Made by a program: the position numbers and the translations under genes. Below are positions 35,485 through 44,779 of a stretch of DNA of 64,000 nucleotides, one piece after another. The notes beneath the pieces are model-generated. The model worked only from the letters and a program-made list of their open reading frames with translations. It searched no databases and was not told where the DNA came from. The stretch's first letter is position 1, and each line of letters starts with the position of its first letter. This DNA is from Candidatus Aegiribacteria sp. (GTDB lineage Bacteria; Fermentibacterota; Fermentibacteria; Fermentibacterales; JCC-6). The stretch is from NCBI GenBank assembly GCA_023138735.1, contig JAGLOY010000105.1, positions 393 to 64,392 of the forward strand, written 5' to 3'.

Positions 35485-36885
35485 TTGAGCAGAATACTAC
35501 TTGTCAACCCACCATCGGCAGTGGGTCTTTACAATAAGAGCAAAATAAGAGTAGCAATAACAAGTGCGCCCTTCATCACACTCGCTACACTTGCAGGAGA
35601 GCTTCTAAGGGAGGGCCACGAGGTCAGGATCGCGGATCTGATGGTTGAGGAGGATCCCTTCAATACCTATCAGGGGATCCTTGAGGTATTTCAGCCGGAG
35701 TATATCGGGATAACCTTTACCACTCCTCTTTTTCATGAAGCCTCCTTGCTGGCTGGTATGGCTCATGAGCTCCTGACAGAATCCACAACCATAGCCGGGG
35801 GAATACATGCCTCGACACTTCCGAAGGAATCACTTGAACAGGGTAACTTCGATCTTGTTGTACTTGGCGAAGGTGAGAGAACCCTTGCGGAGATATGCGC
35901 AGGTACTGATCCGCAGTGTATCAGAGGTATTGCCTTTGGAAGAGGTGATAATTTCACGGTAACACCTCCCCGGGAACTCATCGCTGACCTGGACGACCTT
36001 CCATTGCCGGCCTGGGAGCTTCACGATCTTTCGCGATACCACTCACCGCACATTGCCAGCAGGGACAATCCAGTCGGGTACATGGAAACAAATAGAGGTT
36101 GTAATCATCACTGCACTTTCTGCAGCCAGAGAATATTCGGACATAACATCAGATCAAAATCCTCCAGGAGAGTCGTTGATGAAATGTTCAGAATGCTGGA
36201 GCTGGGCTTTAACGATATTCACATTAAAGACGATAATTTCACCGCCGATATTGAACGCGCCAAGGATACCTGCAGATTGCTTATAGAGGAAGAATTCCCC
36301 GCTCCATGGGCTCTTCCTACTGGAGTTAATGTAACGGATGTCGACAGAGAGTTCTTCCAGCTGGCAAGGGAGGCAGGCTGTTATCAGATTTCTTTCGGTA
36401 TAGAGAGCGGTGCGCCCGAAATACTCAGCGGTGTCAACAAGAAGCAATCCCTGGAGAAGATCCGGGAAGCTGTTGAAATGGCTAACGATGCTGGTCTTGA
36501 AACGGTAGGCTTTTTCATGATGGGGCTGCCCGGGGACACTGAAGAGACCATGAAGCAGAGTATCCGTTTTGCGCAAAGCCTTCCCCTTACATACGCAAAG
36601 GCATCCATGACTCTGCCGTTCCCTTCTTCTGCACTTTACAGGCAGATTAAGATGGAGGGAAGAATCCTTTCGGAAGACTGGTGCATGTACAACTTCCACT
36701 CCACAAAGGAGGTATGGATGCACGAGAACCTGGACTGGAAAACCATCCAGCACTACTACTCGCTCTTCCACCGAAAATTCTACTTCAGACCTTCATATGT
36801 CTGGAAAAGGTTTTGGCGGGACATCCGAATGGGGCAGCTCATGGATGATATTAAAGCCGTTCTGACAAACGACTGGTCAGGCTGA
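35485..36885 (+). CDS. B12-binding-domain radical SAM enzyme (class B); paralog of the previous gene
   Basis: TTG start. RGCNHHCTFC motif. Same architecture as 34075-35451. Confidence 0.85.
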   Translation: MSRILLVNPPSAVGLYNKSKIRVAITSAPFITLATLAGELLREGHEVRIADLMVEEDPFNTYQGILEVFQPEYIGITFTTPLFHEASLLAGMAHELLTESTTIAGGIHASTLPKESLEQGNFDLVVLGEGERTLAEICAGTDPQCIRGIAFGRGDNFTVTPPRELIADLDDLPLPAWELHDLSRYHSPHIASRDNPVGYMETNRGCNHHCTFCSQRIFGHNIRSKSSRRVVDEMFRMLELGFNDIHIKDDNFTADIERAKDTCRLLIEEEFPAPWALPTGVNVTDVDREFFQLAREAGCYQISFGIESGAPEILSGVNKKQSLEKIREAVEMANDAGLETVGFFMMGLPGDTEETMKQSIRFAQSLPLTYAKASMTLPFPSSALYRQIKMEGRILSEDWCMYNFHSTKEVWMHENLDWKTIQHYYSLFHRKFYFRPSYVWKRFWRDIRMGQLMDDIKAVLTNDWSG

Positions 36886-36910
36886 TTAAATAGGGACGGA
36901 GGCTTTTTAT
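36885..36910. repeat. Left arm of a 26-bp perfect inverted repeat (partner 38224-38249). Its 19-nt core also pairs with 36975-36993.
   Basis: ATTAAATAGGGACGGAGGCTTTTTAT was read directly. Its reverse complement occurs at 38224-38249. Confidence 0.9.
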
Positions 36911-36967
36911 ATTAAAATAGCAAATAAAACAAACAATTATTCCTTGATAGATGCACATTATTTGTTT

Positions 36968-36993
36968 CTTATGAATAAAAAGCCTCCGTCCCT
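36968..36993. repeat. Copy 1 of a 26-bp direct repeat CTTATGAATAAAAAGCCTCCGTCCCT (copy 2 at 38217-38242)
   Basis: Read directly. Includes the start codon and first 7 codons of the S41-like gene. Confidence 0.9.
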
Positions 36994-38227
36994 GTTTTTG
37001 TTATCGATATTGCTCTTCTTCATTGCATCATGTGGAAGTCCACCTGATGAAGTCACCCTGAGTGAATGCTGGGAGACAGATCTTCAGTGGCTTGCCGATT
37101 CGCTTCCGGGTCTGCATTACAACCTTTTCATGTACGAACCGGAAGACACTCTGCTGAACCGCCTATCCAGACTTGAACAGAATCTGGATAACCTAAGCGA
37201 CATGGAAACGGTTATGGAGATGACACGTGTACTTGCCTCTATGCACTGCAGCCATACAGGTATTGCTTTCTGGACTTACGGTGACTGGACAGCCTATCCC
37301 ATTTCCGTAATGTGGCTGGATGAAGGGTTATATGTTACTGCTATAGATGCTGAATACTCAGAACTTATAGGTTCAAGGCTCATTGAGTACGGGGTGTCTC
37401 CAGCGGTTGGGGCCGCTGCTGCAATGAGCGAAATGTTTCCCGCAACAAACGATGTGGTTCGGAGAACCAGAGCAGAGAATTTCATGATGCTGGCTTACCC
37501 AATGGAAGCTCTCGGTTTCGGAAATGTCGATTCACTGGTCTCTTTCACCTTTCTTGAAGCAGCCGGTGATACTGTTATCGTTCAGTTTGAAGCTGTTGAT
37601 CAGTCCACCGTCAATATGGAGAGTTTTCATGATTGCGAATCAGTTATCCTGCCGCTGTGGCTCGGATCGGACAATTTCTACTGGTTCAGCTACCTTTCCG
37701 AAAGAAGAATGCTCTACTGTGCTTACAATTCATGTGCATTGATGGATGATTATCACATAGATGACTATGTGGAAGACCTAAGGGAGTGTACTGATTCCTC
37801 AAATATTGACGCAGTAGTTGTGGATCTCAGAAGAAATTCCGGTGGCAATTCAATGGTAGCTGCGCCTCTGATAAACTGGCTTCGGGAGCTTTCTGAAAAC
37901 AGTGATATCCAGCTGTACTTGATAATAGGCAGGTGGACTTACTCATCCGGTATACTCAACGCCATTGAGATAAGCGAGATTCCAGGAGTGATGGTTTTCG
38001 GAGAGAATACAGGTGGAGCCCCAAATCACCTTGGTGAAGTCAGAACTGCACAGCTGCCATGGTCAGGACTCTCCGTAAGCTACCCCACGAAATACTTCAA
38101 GAGAGTGGAAGGAGAAGGTTCAACGATGAGACCGGATGTGCGGATACCGCTTGACGCAGGAATGCTGTTTGAAGGTCAAAACCGCATACTGGATGCCATT
38201 GACGAATTATTAACCACTTATGAATAA
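36971..38227 (+). CDS. S41-family (tail-specific protease-like) lipoprotein
   Basis: Lipobox LFFIASC. VVVDLRRNSGGNS motif resembles S41 peptidases. Start placed at ATG 36971 (MNKKPPSLF). Confidence 0.6.
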   Translation: MNKKPPSLFLLSILLFFIASCGSPPDEVTLSECWETDLQWLADSLPGLHYNLFMYEPEDTLLNRLSRLEQNLDNLSDMETVMEMTRVLASMHCSHTGIAFWTYGDWTAYPISVMWLDEGLYVTAIDAEYSELIGSRLIEYGVSPAVGAAAAMSEMFPATNDVVRRTRAENFMMLAYPMEALGFGNVDSLVSFTFLEAAGDTVIVQFEAVDQSTVNMESFHDCESVILPLWLGSDNFYWFSYLSERRMLYCAYNSCALMDDYHIDDYVEDLRECTDSSNIDAVVVDLRRNSGGNSMVAAPLINWLRELSENSDIQLYLIIGRWTYSSGILNAIEISEIPGVMVFGENTGGAPNHLGEVRTAQLPWSGLSVSYPTKYFKRVEGEGSTMRPDVRIPLDAGMLFEGQNRILDAIDELLTTYE

Positions 38228-38249
38228 AAAGCCTCCGTCCCTATTTAAT
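38217..38249. repeat. Copy 2 of the 26-bp direct repeat, also the right arm of the 26-bp inverted repeat
   Basis: Read directly. Overlaps the ogt start codon and the stop codon of the S41-like gene. Confidence 0.9.
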
Positions 38250-38795
38250 TTCTGCTTTGGGACACCGTTCAGGGATGTATCCATAGTATGGTTTGATGCG
38301 GGTACCGGCTGCATTGTAAAAAGAATATTCCTCAGCAGAGAAGACGCATCCGCAATGGCTCTTGCTTCGACTGCATTTCCTGGAATCTCTCCAGGTTTGC
38401 GCGATCACATAAAGTGTCTTGCCGATGAAATCGATACTATGCTTGCAGGAGGAATACCGGAGTTCGATATTCGAATCCTTGATTTCAGCGAATGCTCCGA
38501 TTTCCAGCGCAGAGTGCTCCTGGAGGAGAGGAATATCCCGAGGGGAGAGGTTCGCAGTTACGGCTGGCTTGCCAGCAGGATAGGGAAACCGGGAGCGGCA
38601 AGAGCTGTCGGCAACGCATTGGCAACCAACCCGTTTCCCCTAATTATCCCATGCCATCGAGCTGTCATGTCAGATGGCAGGATCGGCGGCTTCCAGGGAG
38701 GTCCTGCAATGAAGCGTGCCCTCCTTGAAATGGAGGGATTAGTATTCAGCCCCTCAGGAACAACGCAGATTGACATAAAAGAGTTAACTGACTAG
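38220..38795 (+). CDS. ogt: Methylated-DNA-protein-cysteine methyltransferase
   Basis: Active-site IPCHRAV. NPFPLIIPCHR context. First 9 codons are identical to those of the S41-like gene. Confidence 0.85.
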   Translation: MNKKPPSLFNFCFGTPFRDVSIVWFDAGTGCIVKRIFLSREDASAMALASTAFPGISPGLRDHIKCLADEIDTMLAGGIPEFDIRILDFSECSDFQRRVLLEERNIPRGEVRSYGWLASRIGKPGAARAVGNALATNPFPLIIPCHRAVMSDGRIGGFQGGPAMKRALLEMEGLVFSPSGTTQIDIKELTD

Positions 38796-39086
38796 TATTC
38801 TTTACAATAATTATCGGAAATCATTCATTTACGGAGGTGGTACATGTATATGCGTAATCGCATCTGATCTGCAGCCATGAACTCCGTGAGAGTTCGGATA
38901 TACAAACACGCAGCAAGTTGCTGTCTCCTCATATGAACTGACTCCCTGTTAATTCACAGCAGCCATGCTGTGAAACAGTGGAGGAGGTATTATTGTGCTG
39001 CAGCCATCCGCAGCCTTTTCATGAATGCGAACAATTCTCTCTGATAAGTGAAAACGAGATCACAAATTGTATTTCAGGAGGTTGTA

Positions 39087-40100
39087 ATGAAAAGGATAGC
39101 GCAAATTATTATACTCATTGTACTATCAAGTGTCGTGTTTGGTGCAGATAGAGTCGTTCTGCTTGAGGATTTCACGAATTGCGGATGCGGTCCCTGCTGG
39201 AGCTTCGAACCAACTTTGAATGCTTTCATAAGCAGCCACCCCAATGACCTTGCCGTCGTCCGGCCGCACGTTTCATGGCCATCCGGCTCAGATCCCATTT
39301 ATCTGGCGAATCCAGCTGAGCAGAACTTCCGTAAGAGTATTTACGGAGTGAATTCGGTTCCATGGATTCAATTTGGCGGAACCATAAAAGCATCCAACAG
39401 TTCCGGCGGATTGATAAGTGCTTTCAACTCCAGAATGGCCGTTCCGTGCCATCTGGAAATCCAGGTGGAGAATTACGTGATCTATGGGAGCGGTACGATA
39501 CAGATCACACTCATTGCTGAGGAGGACCTGGGTGATACGGATCTGAAAGTTCATGCGATCATAGTAGAAAGCGGAATACCCGGTGTTGGTTACTTTGCAA
39601 GCTCAACTTTCGAGCAGGCATTCAGAGAGGAACTGTTCGGAGCCACCGGGCAGGATGTAAGTTTCGGACCATCGTATCCGGATACCGTTGTTGTAAATGT
39701 GGATTATGACACCGGCGGCTGGGTATTCGAAAATCTTCAGCTGGCAGTGTTCGTACAGAATCATGCTTCTTCAGGTACGGAAGTACATAACGCCTTCTTC
39801 GAATATCTTGGAGCTGTAACAGGTCTGGAAGGGGATGATCCTGAAGAACTGAATACGGTTGAACTGATAGTACAGATCTCTCCTAATCCCTCAAGTGGAA
39901 GTATTTCACTTTCAGCAGGAGATCTTTATGAGGGGACGGGTGTTCTTGCAATTTACGATACAAGCGGAAGGTGTATAGCAAACGGGACCGTCAATGAAGA
40001 TGCCGTATCTCATTTTGAGATCGACGAAACCGGAGTGTACTTTGCAAGGGTAACCTCTGGCGGTAAGACAGCCACCTCAAGAATTGTTGTTGTCAGGTAG
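39087..40100 (+). CDS. Secreted thioredoxin-fold (CGPC) protein with a T9SS-type C-terminal sorting domain
   Basis: AGGAGG RBS before ATG 39087, signal peptide, DFTNCGCGPCW motif, and a C-terminal ISPNPSSGSISL...GVYFARV...RIVVVR tail. Confidence 0.7.
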   Translation: MKRIAQIIILIVLSSVVFGADRVVLLEDFTNCGCGPCWSFEPTLNAFISSHPNDLAVVRPHVSWPSGSDPIYLANPAEQNFRKSIYGVNSVPWIQFGGTIKASNSSGGLISAFNSRMAVPCHLEIQVENYVIYGSGTIQITLIAEEDLGDTDLKVHAIIVESGIPGVGYFASSTFEQAFREELFGATGQDVSFGPSYPDTVVVNVDYDTGGWVFENLQLAVFVQNHASSGTEVHNAFFEYLGAVTGLEGDDPEELNTVELIVQISPNPSSGSISLSAGDLYEGTGVLAIYDTSGRCIANGTVNEDAVSHFEIDETGVYFARVTSGGKTATSRIVVVR

Positions 40101-40148
40101 CCCGGTCACAGATGACTGAAGCCCCGGAACCGGAGGAGGTAATACAAC

Positions 40149-40769
40149 ATGTATAAGCAATTCATACTGTTCTTAATGCTGGCATTGAATGCCGGCGCAG
40201 ACAGTATAGAGATCGGCACCGATGAGTTCTTCTCGAACAATCCCTTCTGCGCAAGTTGTGCAGCCGATATGAGATATCAGACCCTGTACCTTGAAAATGA
40301 GATAGGAAGTCCTATTGAAATCCAATCGATATCACTGATGAGGACACCGGCGGGAGGTACCAGCGTCACACTGGATACACTCGCCATATACATCGGATAC
40401 TCGAAGAACGGTGAGCTGGGGACTGATTTTGATGATAATTACCTGCCCGGAACGCGGCTGCTGGTATTCTGGGAAGAAAACTGCACCATAAACGCACCCG
40501 AGCCTAATCAGTGGTTCCAGATCGATCTTGAAACCCCTTTCAGCTACAGCGGCATTGGTAATCTTATAATAGAGTACTCCTGGCCTGATGGTTATGATGA
40601 GGTCTTCAACTATAACTGGACAGGAACCGTAAACAGGTCCCTGACCGGCGGATGGGGGGCTACCACAGGTTTCACTACACAGGATTGTCCACATATACTG
40701 TTTACAGGTGCACTTAGCCTTAAGAATGCGACATTCGGATATATCAAAACTCTTTTCAGCACAGACTAG
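40149..40769 (+). CDS. Hypothetical secreted protein
   Basis: Signal peptide MYKQFILFLMLALNAGA and a GGAGGAGG RBS. No motif recognised. Confidence 0.5.
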   Translation: MYKQFILFLMLALNAGADSIEIGTDEFFSNNPFCASCAADMRYQTLYLENEIGSPIEIQSISLMRTPAGGTSVTLDTLAIYIGYSKNGELGTDFDDNYLPGTRLLVFWEENCTINAPEPNQWFQIDLETPFSYSGIGNLIIEYSWPDGYDEVFNYNWTGTVNRSLTGGWGATTGFTTQDCPHILFTGALSLKNATFGYIKTLFSTD

Positions 40770-40780
40770 AATCAGGTTAA

Positions 40781-40809
40781 GCGCCAGGGGAGAACAGCTC
40801 CTCTGGCGC
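40781..40809. terminator. 12-bp stem hairpin without a U-tract; possible terminator or RNA stability element
   Basis: GCGCCAGGGGAG-AACAG-CTCCTCTGGCGC with one G-U pair. Sits 12 nt after the stop at 40769. Confidence 0.35.
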
Positions 40810-40888
40810 TGAAAAAACCGGATTTGCTTCATCTTTAGTATGTTTCATGCTTCCGCTGAAAACACTATATCAAAGATGCTGAAAGGTC

Positions 40889-42097
40889 ATGAAAATGTAT
40901 ACTGAAAGGTTTCGGGATATATTGAGATCCAACCTTGAAAAGACCGAGGAGAACGGTACGTTCAAGAGGGAAAGGATCATTACATCAAGGCAGGGAACCT
41001 TCGTCGATGTTGAGCATTCGGGGGAAGTTCTCAATTTCTGCGCGAACAACTACCTGGGGCTTTCAGGTGATCAGAGACTGGTTGACACGGCATGCGAAAT
41101 ACTTGAAGAGCGTGGTTATGGCCTTTCATCTGTTCGCTTCATATGCGGTACACAGGATATTCATAAGGAGCTTGAGAGAAAGATATCGAGTTTCCTCGGT
41201 AAGGAAGACACAATACTCTATTCCAGCTGTTTCGATGCTAATGGAGGCCTTTTTGAGCCTCTCCTGACGGATGCAGATGCCATTATCTCAGATCAGCTGA
41301 ACCATGCTTCCATCATCGACGGGATAAGACTCTGCAAGGCAAAAAGGTATCGTTACAGCCACGCTGACCTTGAGGATCTTGAAGCCGTTCTTATCCATGC
41401 ACGAAGCGCGAGGATCAAAGCCATCGTCACCGACGGTGTGTTTTCCATGGACGGGGAGATAGCGCCGCTTCCCGGCATCTGTGATCTGGCAGAAGAATAT
41501 GGAGCTTTACTTATCGTCGATGACTCCCACGCAACGGGATTCATCGGAGAGTCTGGAAGGGGCAGTATCGAATACCATGGAGTGACCGATAGAGTGGATA
41601 TCGTAACATCAACCTTCGGGAAGGCGCTCGGAGGAGCTTCGGGAGGGTTCACCACAGGGCCGGCGGAAGCGATCGAGATGCTCAGACAGCGATCCAGACC
41701 CTACCTGTTCTCCAATACAGTTGCTCCGGTAATAGTAGGAACGACTCTTGCGGTCATCGATATAATCGAAAGATCCAGTGAAGAGAGGGACAGGCTCAGG
41801 GAGAACCAGAGACGCTTCAGAAGAAGAATGACTGATGCTGGGTTCAGAATTATCAAAGGAGACCATCCAATCGTACCGGTTCTTTTCGGTCATCTTCCGG
41901 GCGATGCAGCACTTGCACAGAGATTCGCTGATGAACTTCTCTGGAAGGGTATTTATGCAATAGGATTCTTCTATCCGGTTGTTCCCCAGGGGGAGTCAAG
42001 GATACGGATCCAGATTTCAGCAGCCCACACGATGAAACAGGTGGATACGTGTGTTGAAGTGTTCATAGATGTCGGTAAAAAACTTGGAGTGCTGTAG
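40889..42097 (+). CDS. kbl: 2-amino-3-ketobutyrate CoA ligase (glycine C-acetyltransferase)
   Basis: FCANNYLGL, VRFICGTQDIHKELE, LCKAKRYRY, DDSHATGF and TFGKALGG motifs. Collinear with E. coli Kbl as I recall it. Confidence 0.9.
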   Translation: MKMYTERFRDILRSNLEKTEENGTFKRERIITSRQGTFVDVEHSGEVLNFCANNYLGLSGDQRLVDTACEILEERGYGLSSVRFICGTQDIHKELERKISSFLGKEDTILYSSCFDANGGLFEPLLTDADAIISDQLNHASIIDGIRLCKAKRYRYSHADLEDLEAVLIHARSARIKAIVTDGVFSMDGEIAPLPGICDLAEEYGALLIVDDSHATGFIGESGRGSIEYHGVTDRVDIVTSTFGKALGGASGGFTTGPAEAIEMLRQRSRPYLFSNTVAPVIVGTTLAVIDIIERSSEERDRLRENQRRFRRRMTDAGFRIIKGDHPIVPVLFGHLPGDAALAQRFADELLWKGIYAIGFFYPVVPQGESRIRIQISAAHTMKQVDTCVEVFIDVGKKLGVL

Positions 42098-42150
42098 CTA
42101 TACTTCTGTCCCACTTGACAAAGGGTATACTGTATTAACAGATACCCTTT

Positions 42151-42795
42151 ATGAGTACAAAATCCATTGATGAATCTCTGTTCGGCAGGATAAGGCGCCA
42201 TCTTCTTTATCTTTTCTTCCTGAATCCAGGAAAATCGTACTTCCTGCTTGAACTGATTGATCTTCTCCGCACAGGCAGGGGAGGGGTTCAGAGGGAGCTT
42301 GCCAACCTTGTTGAGTCAGGGATCATAACAAGGAAGAAATCAGGCATGAAGGTATTCTTCAGCTTATCCTCAGACTGCACCATTACCGATGAGATGCAGA
42401 GTCTTCTGTTAAAACTCGTGGATTATCAGGATATGGTATCTCTCGCGGTAAGGGATTATGGCAAATTCATTCAAACCGCTGTAATCTCTTCAATGGAAGA
42501 AAGGGTGAACTCTGAACCTTTGAAGCTCCTTGTTTCGATCGATGGTGATTCTGACGCATTCCACAGAGAAATCGAGAGGATAGAACTGCTGACCGGTGTT
42601 GAAATATCACTGTTAACAGTTCAGCCCCATCAACTTAAAGAGTTCATAACCAGCAGTTCGAAAGCACATTGGATATCGGGTGGAAATTGGAAAATGCTGG
42701 CTGGAAAAGCTGACGATCTAATCCCTGAGGAACTAGAGGAGGAACCCGGTATTAGTGAACCGGACCTGTTTACAGGCACCGGCTTTACCTGGTGA
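42151..42795 (+). CDS. Winged-helix (ArsR/MarR-like) DNA-binding protein with an uncharacterised C-terminal domain
   Basis: N-terminal FLLELIDLLRTGRGGVQRELANLVESGIITRKK has a wHTH-like pattern. Confidence 0.45.
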   Translation: MSTKSIDESLFGRIRRHLLYLFFLNPGKSYFLLELIDLLRTGRGGVQRELANLVESGIITRKKSGMKVFFSLSSDCTITDEMQSLLLKLVDYQDMVSLAVRDYGKFIQTAVISSMEERVNSEPLKLLVSIDGDSDAFHREIERIELLTGVEISLLTVQPHQLKEFITSSSKAHWISGGNWKMLAGKADDLIPEELEEEPGISEPDLFTGTGFTW

Positions 42796-44060
42796 CGGGA
42801 CGAGTACTGACCTTCGCAAGAGACAGACAGTTCTACAGATTCTCAGCCTACGGGTTTCTGAAAAATCTGCGTTTTTTCGAACCATTCATTATTCTGTATT
42901 TCAGAGAAGCAGGATTTTCCTTTCTTGATATCGGAATACTATTCGCTATAAGAGAGATTTCCACTGTACTCCTTGAAGTCCCCACAGGTTTAGTGGCGGA
43001 TATCGGCGGAAGAAAGATCTCGATGATCTTTTCCATGACCGCTTATATAGTCAGCTTCCTGACTTTCTTTTTCTTTCCCTCCTATGCAGCCGCAGCGGGA
43101 GCCATGGTGCTGTTCGCATGCGGTGAGGCTTTCAGAACCGGTACTCATAAGGCAATGATCCTGGAATACCTCAGGATTAGCGGGCAAGAGGAGTGGAAGC
43201 CCGATTATTACGGTGCCACGAGAGCCGCCTCCAAACTGGGTTCAGCGTTGAACGCGCTGATAGCAGCAGCACTGGTGTTAATAACCGGAAGTTTCAGGTA
43301 CATTTTCCTTGCTGCAGCGTTTCCATGCCTTATCAATATGATGAACCTGGCTTCGTATCCAAATGCACTCAATGGAACCGATGTGAAAAAAAACCATATA
43401 AGACCGGGTATCAGGGATACTTTGAAGCATTTCATCTCAATATTCAGGGATCATGATGCCCGTCTGAGTATTATTAATTCCGCCGTTTTCGATGGCTTTT
43501 TCAAAGTTACAAAGGAATATCTTCAGCCGGTTCTGAAAGCCATGGCCATTGGGCTGCCGATATTAACCGCACTAACCGTTGACAGGCGAACAGCAATCGT
43601 AATCGGTCTTGTCTATTTTGTTCTTTTTCTTGCGGCAAGCACCGCGTCAAGATATTCCGGGAAATTCAGCAGGCGGATAAGGGGCGTTGTTCAGTCGATT
43701 AACATTACATGGATTATCTGCTTTAGTATGCTGATAATCGCGGGTGTATTCCAGGGTCTGTCAATTTATGTTGTTACAATAGGAGCATACCTCGTTCTAT
43801 ATATTCTGCAGAACCTCAGGAGGCCTCTGTGCGTTGCATATATCAGCGATAAGGTTCCGCACAGGGTTATGGCTTCGGGACTTTCCGTAGAATCACTAAT
43901 AAAGACTCTTGCTATGACAGTTCTGGCACCGGCATGCGGCTACCTCGCCGATATTGCAGGTGTCGGAATAACTGTTGCAGCAGCAGGGGCGTTGATGGGA
44001 TTTCTGTATTTGCCTATGAGACTAAGAAAACCTGGACAGGAGCCAGCTTCCGGTCTCTGA
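42792..44060 (+). CDS. MFS-type transporter
   Basis: 422 aa with about 12 hydrophobic segments. GTG start overlaps the upstream stop. Confidence 0.65.
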   Translation: MTGRVLTFARDRQFYRFSAYGFLKNLRFFEPFIILYFREAGFSFLDIGILFAIREISTVLLEVPTGLVADIGGRKISMIFSMTAYIVSFLTFFFFPSYAAAAGAMVLFACGEAFRTGTHKAMILEYLRISGQEEWKPDYYGATRAASKLGSALNALIAAALVLITGSFRYIFLAAAFPCLINMMNLASYPNALNGTDVKKNHIRPGIRDTLKHFISIFRDHDARLSIINSAVFDGFFKVTKEYLQPVLKAMAIGLPILTALTVDRRTAIVIGLVYFVLFLAASTASRYSGKFSRRIRGVVQSINITWIICFSMLIIAGVFQGLSIYVVTIGAYLVLYILQNLRRPLCVAYISDKVPHRVMASGLSVESLIKTLAMTVLAPACGYLADIAGVGITVAAAGALMGFLYLPMRLRKPGQEPASGL

Positions 44061-44063
44061 TCC

Positions 44064-44357
44064 TTATTCATCCGTTCTTCGCTTCATTACAAGAATGGTG
44101 CTGCCGAGGCATGCTCCGAGTGTTGCAACTTTCCATCCATCTTTCTGTTTTTCAGCGATGATGTCGGAGATCTTACCTTTGAGGCTCCAGAATATCTGAA
44201 TAATTTCATGCTCGTATTCGTGACCGTCATTCGCAAGGATCAGCATAGTTCCACCGGAAACCTCTCCAAGTGCGACTACATTCCAGTTCTTTTTTTCACT
44301 GTTCTGGATAGTCTTCTTCATGGCTGCGGCGCTTTTCCATGAAGCAGGAATCATCAT
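44064..44357 (-). CDS. Hypothetical small protein with an internal duplication
   Basis: Two similar halves: NWNVVALGEVSGGTMLIL and GWKVATLGACLGSTILVM. Confidence 0.4.
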   Translation of the reverse strand: MMIPASWKSAAAMKKTIQNSEKKNWNVVALGEVSGGTMLILANDGHEYEHEIIQIFWSLKGKISDIIAEKQKDGWKVATLGACLGSTILVMKRRTDE

Positions 44358-44389
44358 ATGCTTCAGGATTCATCTCCTTTCAACGGTTA

Positions 44390-44695
44390 TCAGCCTGGAA
44401 TCCATATCTTATCAGCCAGGACTGTTTCGGCACCACTGGGAAGAGGCATCTGTTCCTTCGTTTCACAATAGAACACAAAACCTTTCCAGGAAAGAAGGTA
44501 CCTTGTTTTCCTTTTCTTGAAACCGGTAGGGGAGATGACAATCAAAGGATCGGTTGTTCTGAGAAGAATTTTCGCAAATTCATCTGATTCCAGCTTTATA
44601 ATCGCACCTGAAGCTTTCAGAGCCCGCGCTGCCGCGTTTGCAGCCGCGGTTGCTGCTAGACCCATAACTACTGTACTTATAGCGGGATCAACCAA
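44390..44695 (-). CDS. Hypothetical protein
   Basis: 101-aa ORF co-directional with its neighbours. No motif recognised. Confidence 0.35.
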   Translation of the reverse strand: MVDPAISTVVMGLAATAAANAAARALKASGAIIKLESDEFAKILLRTTDPLIVISPTGFKKRKTRYLLSWKGFVFYCETKEQMPLPSGAETVLADKIWIPG

Positions 44696-44779
44696 TATGC
44701 TCTTCTCCTCTCATATAGATAAATAGTTACATCAGGAAGGATAAGCAATGGTATCACCAGTATCTGATAAACAGATATG

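Noticed and set aside
32640-36885. A sulfatase gene followed by two radical SAM genes looked like a sulfatase plus anaerobic sulfatase-maturating enzyme (anSME) pair.
   Set aside because: anSMEs are SPASM-type radical SAM enzymes with extra C-terminal Cys clusters and no B12-binding domain, whereas both genes here have N-terminal B12-type domains. The sulfatase-like protein also lacks the C/S-x-P-x-R target motif, having WTLPAHAS instead.
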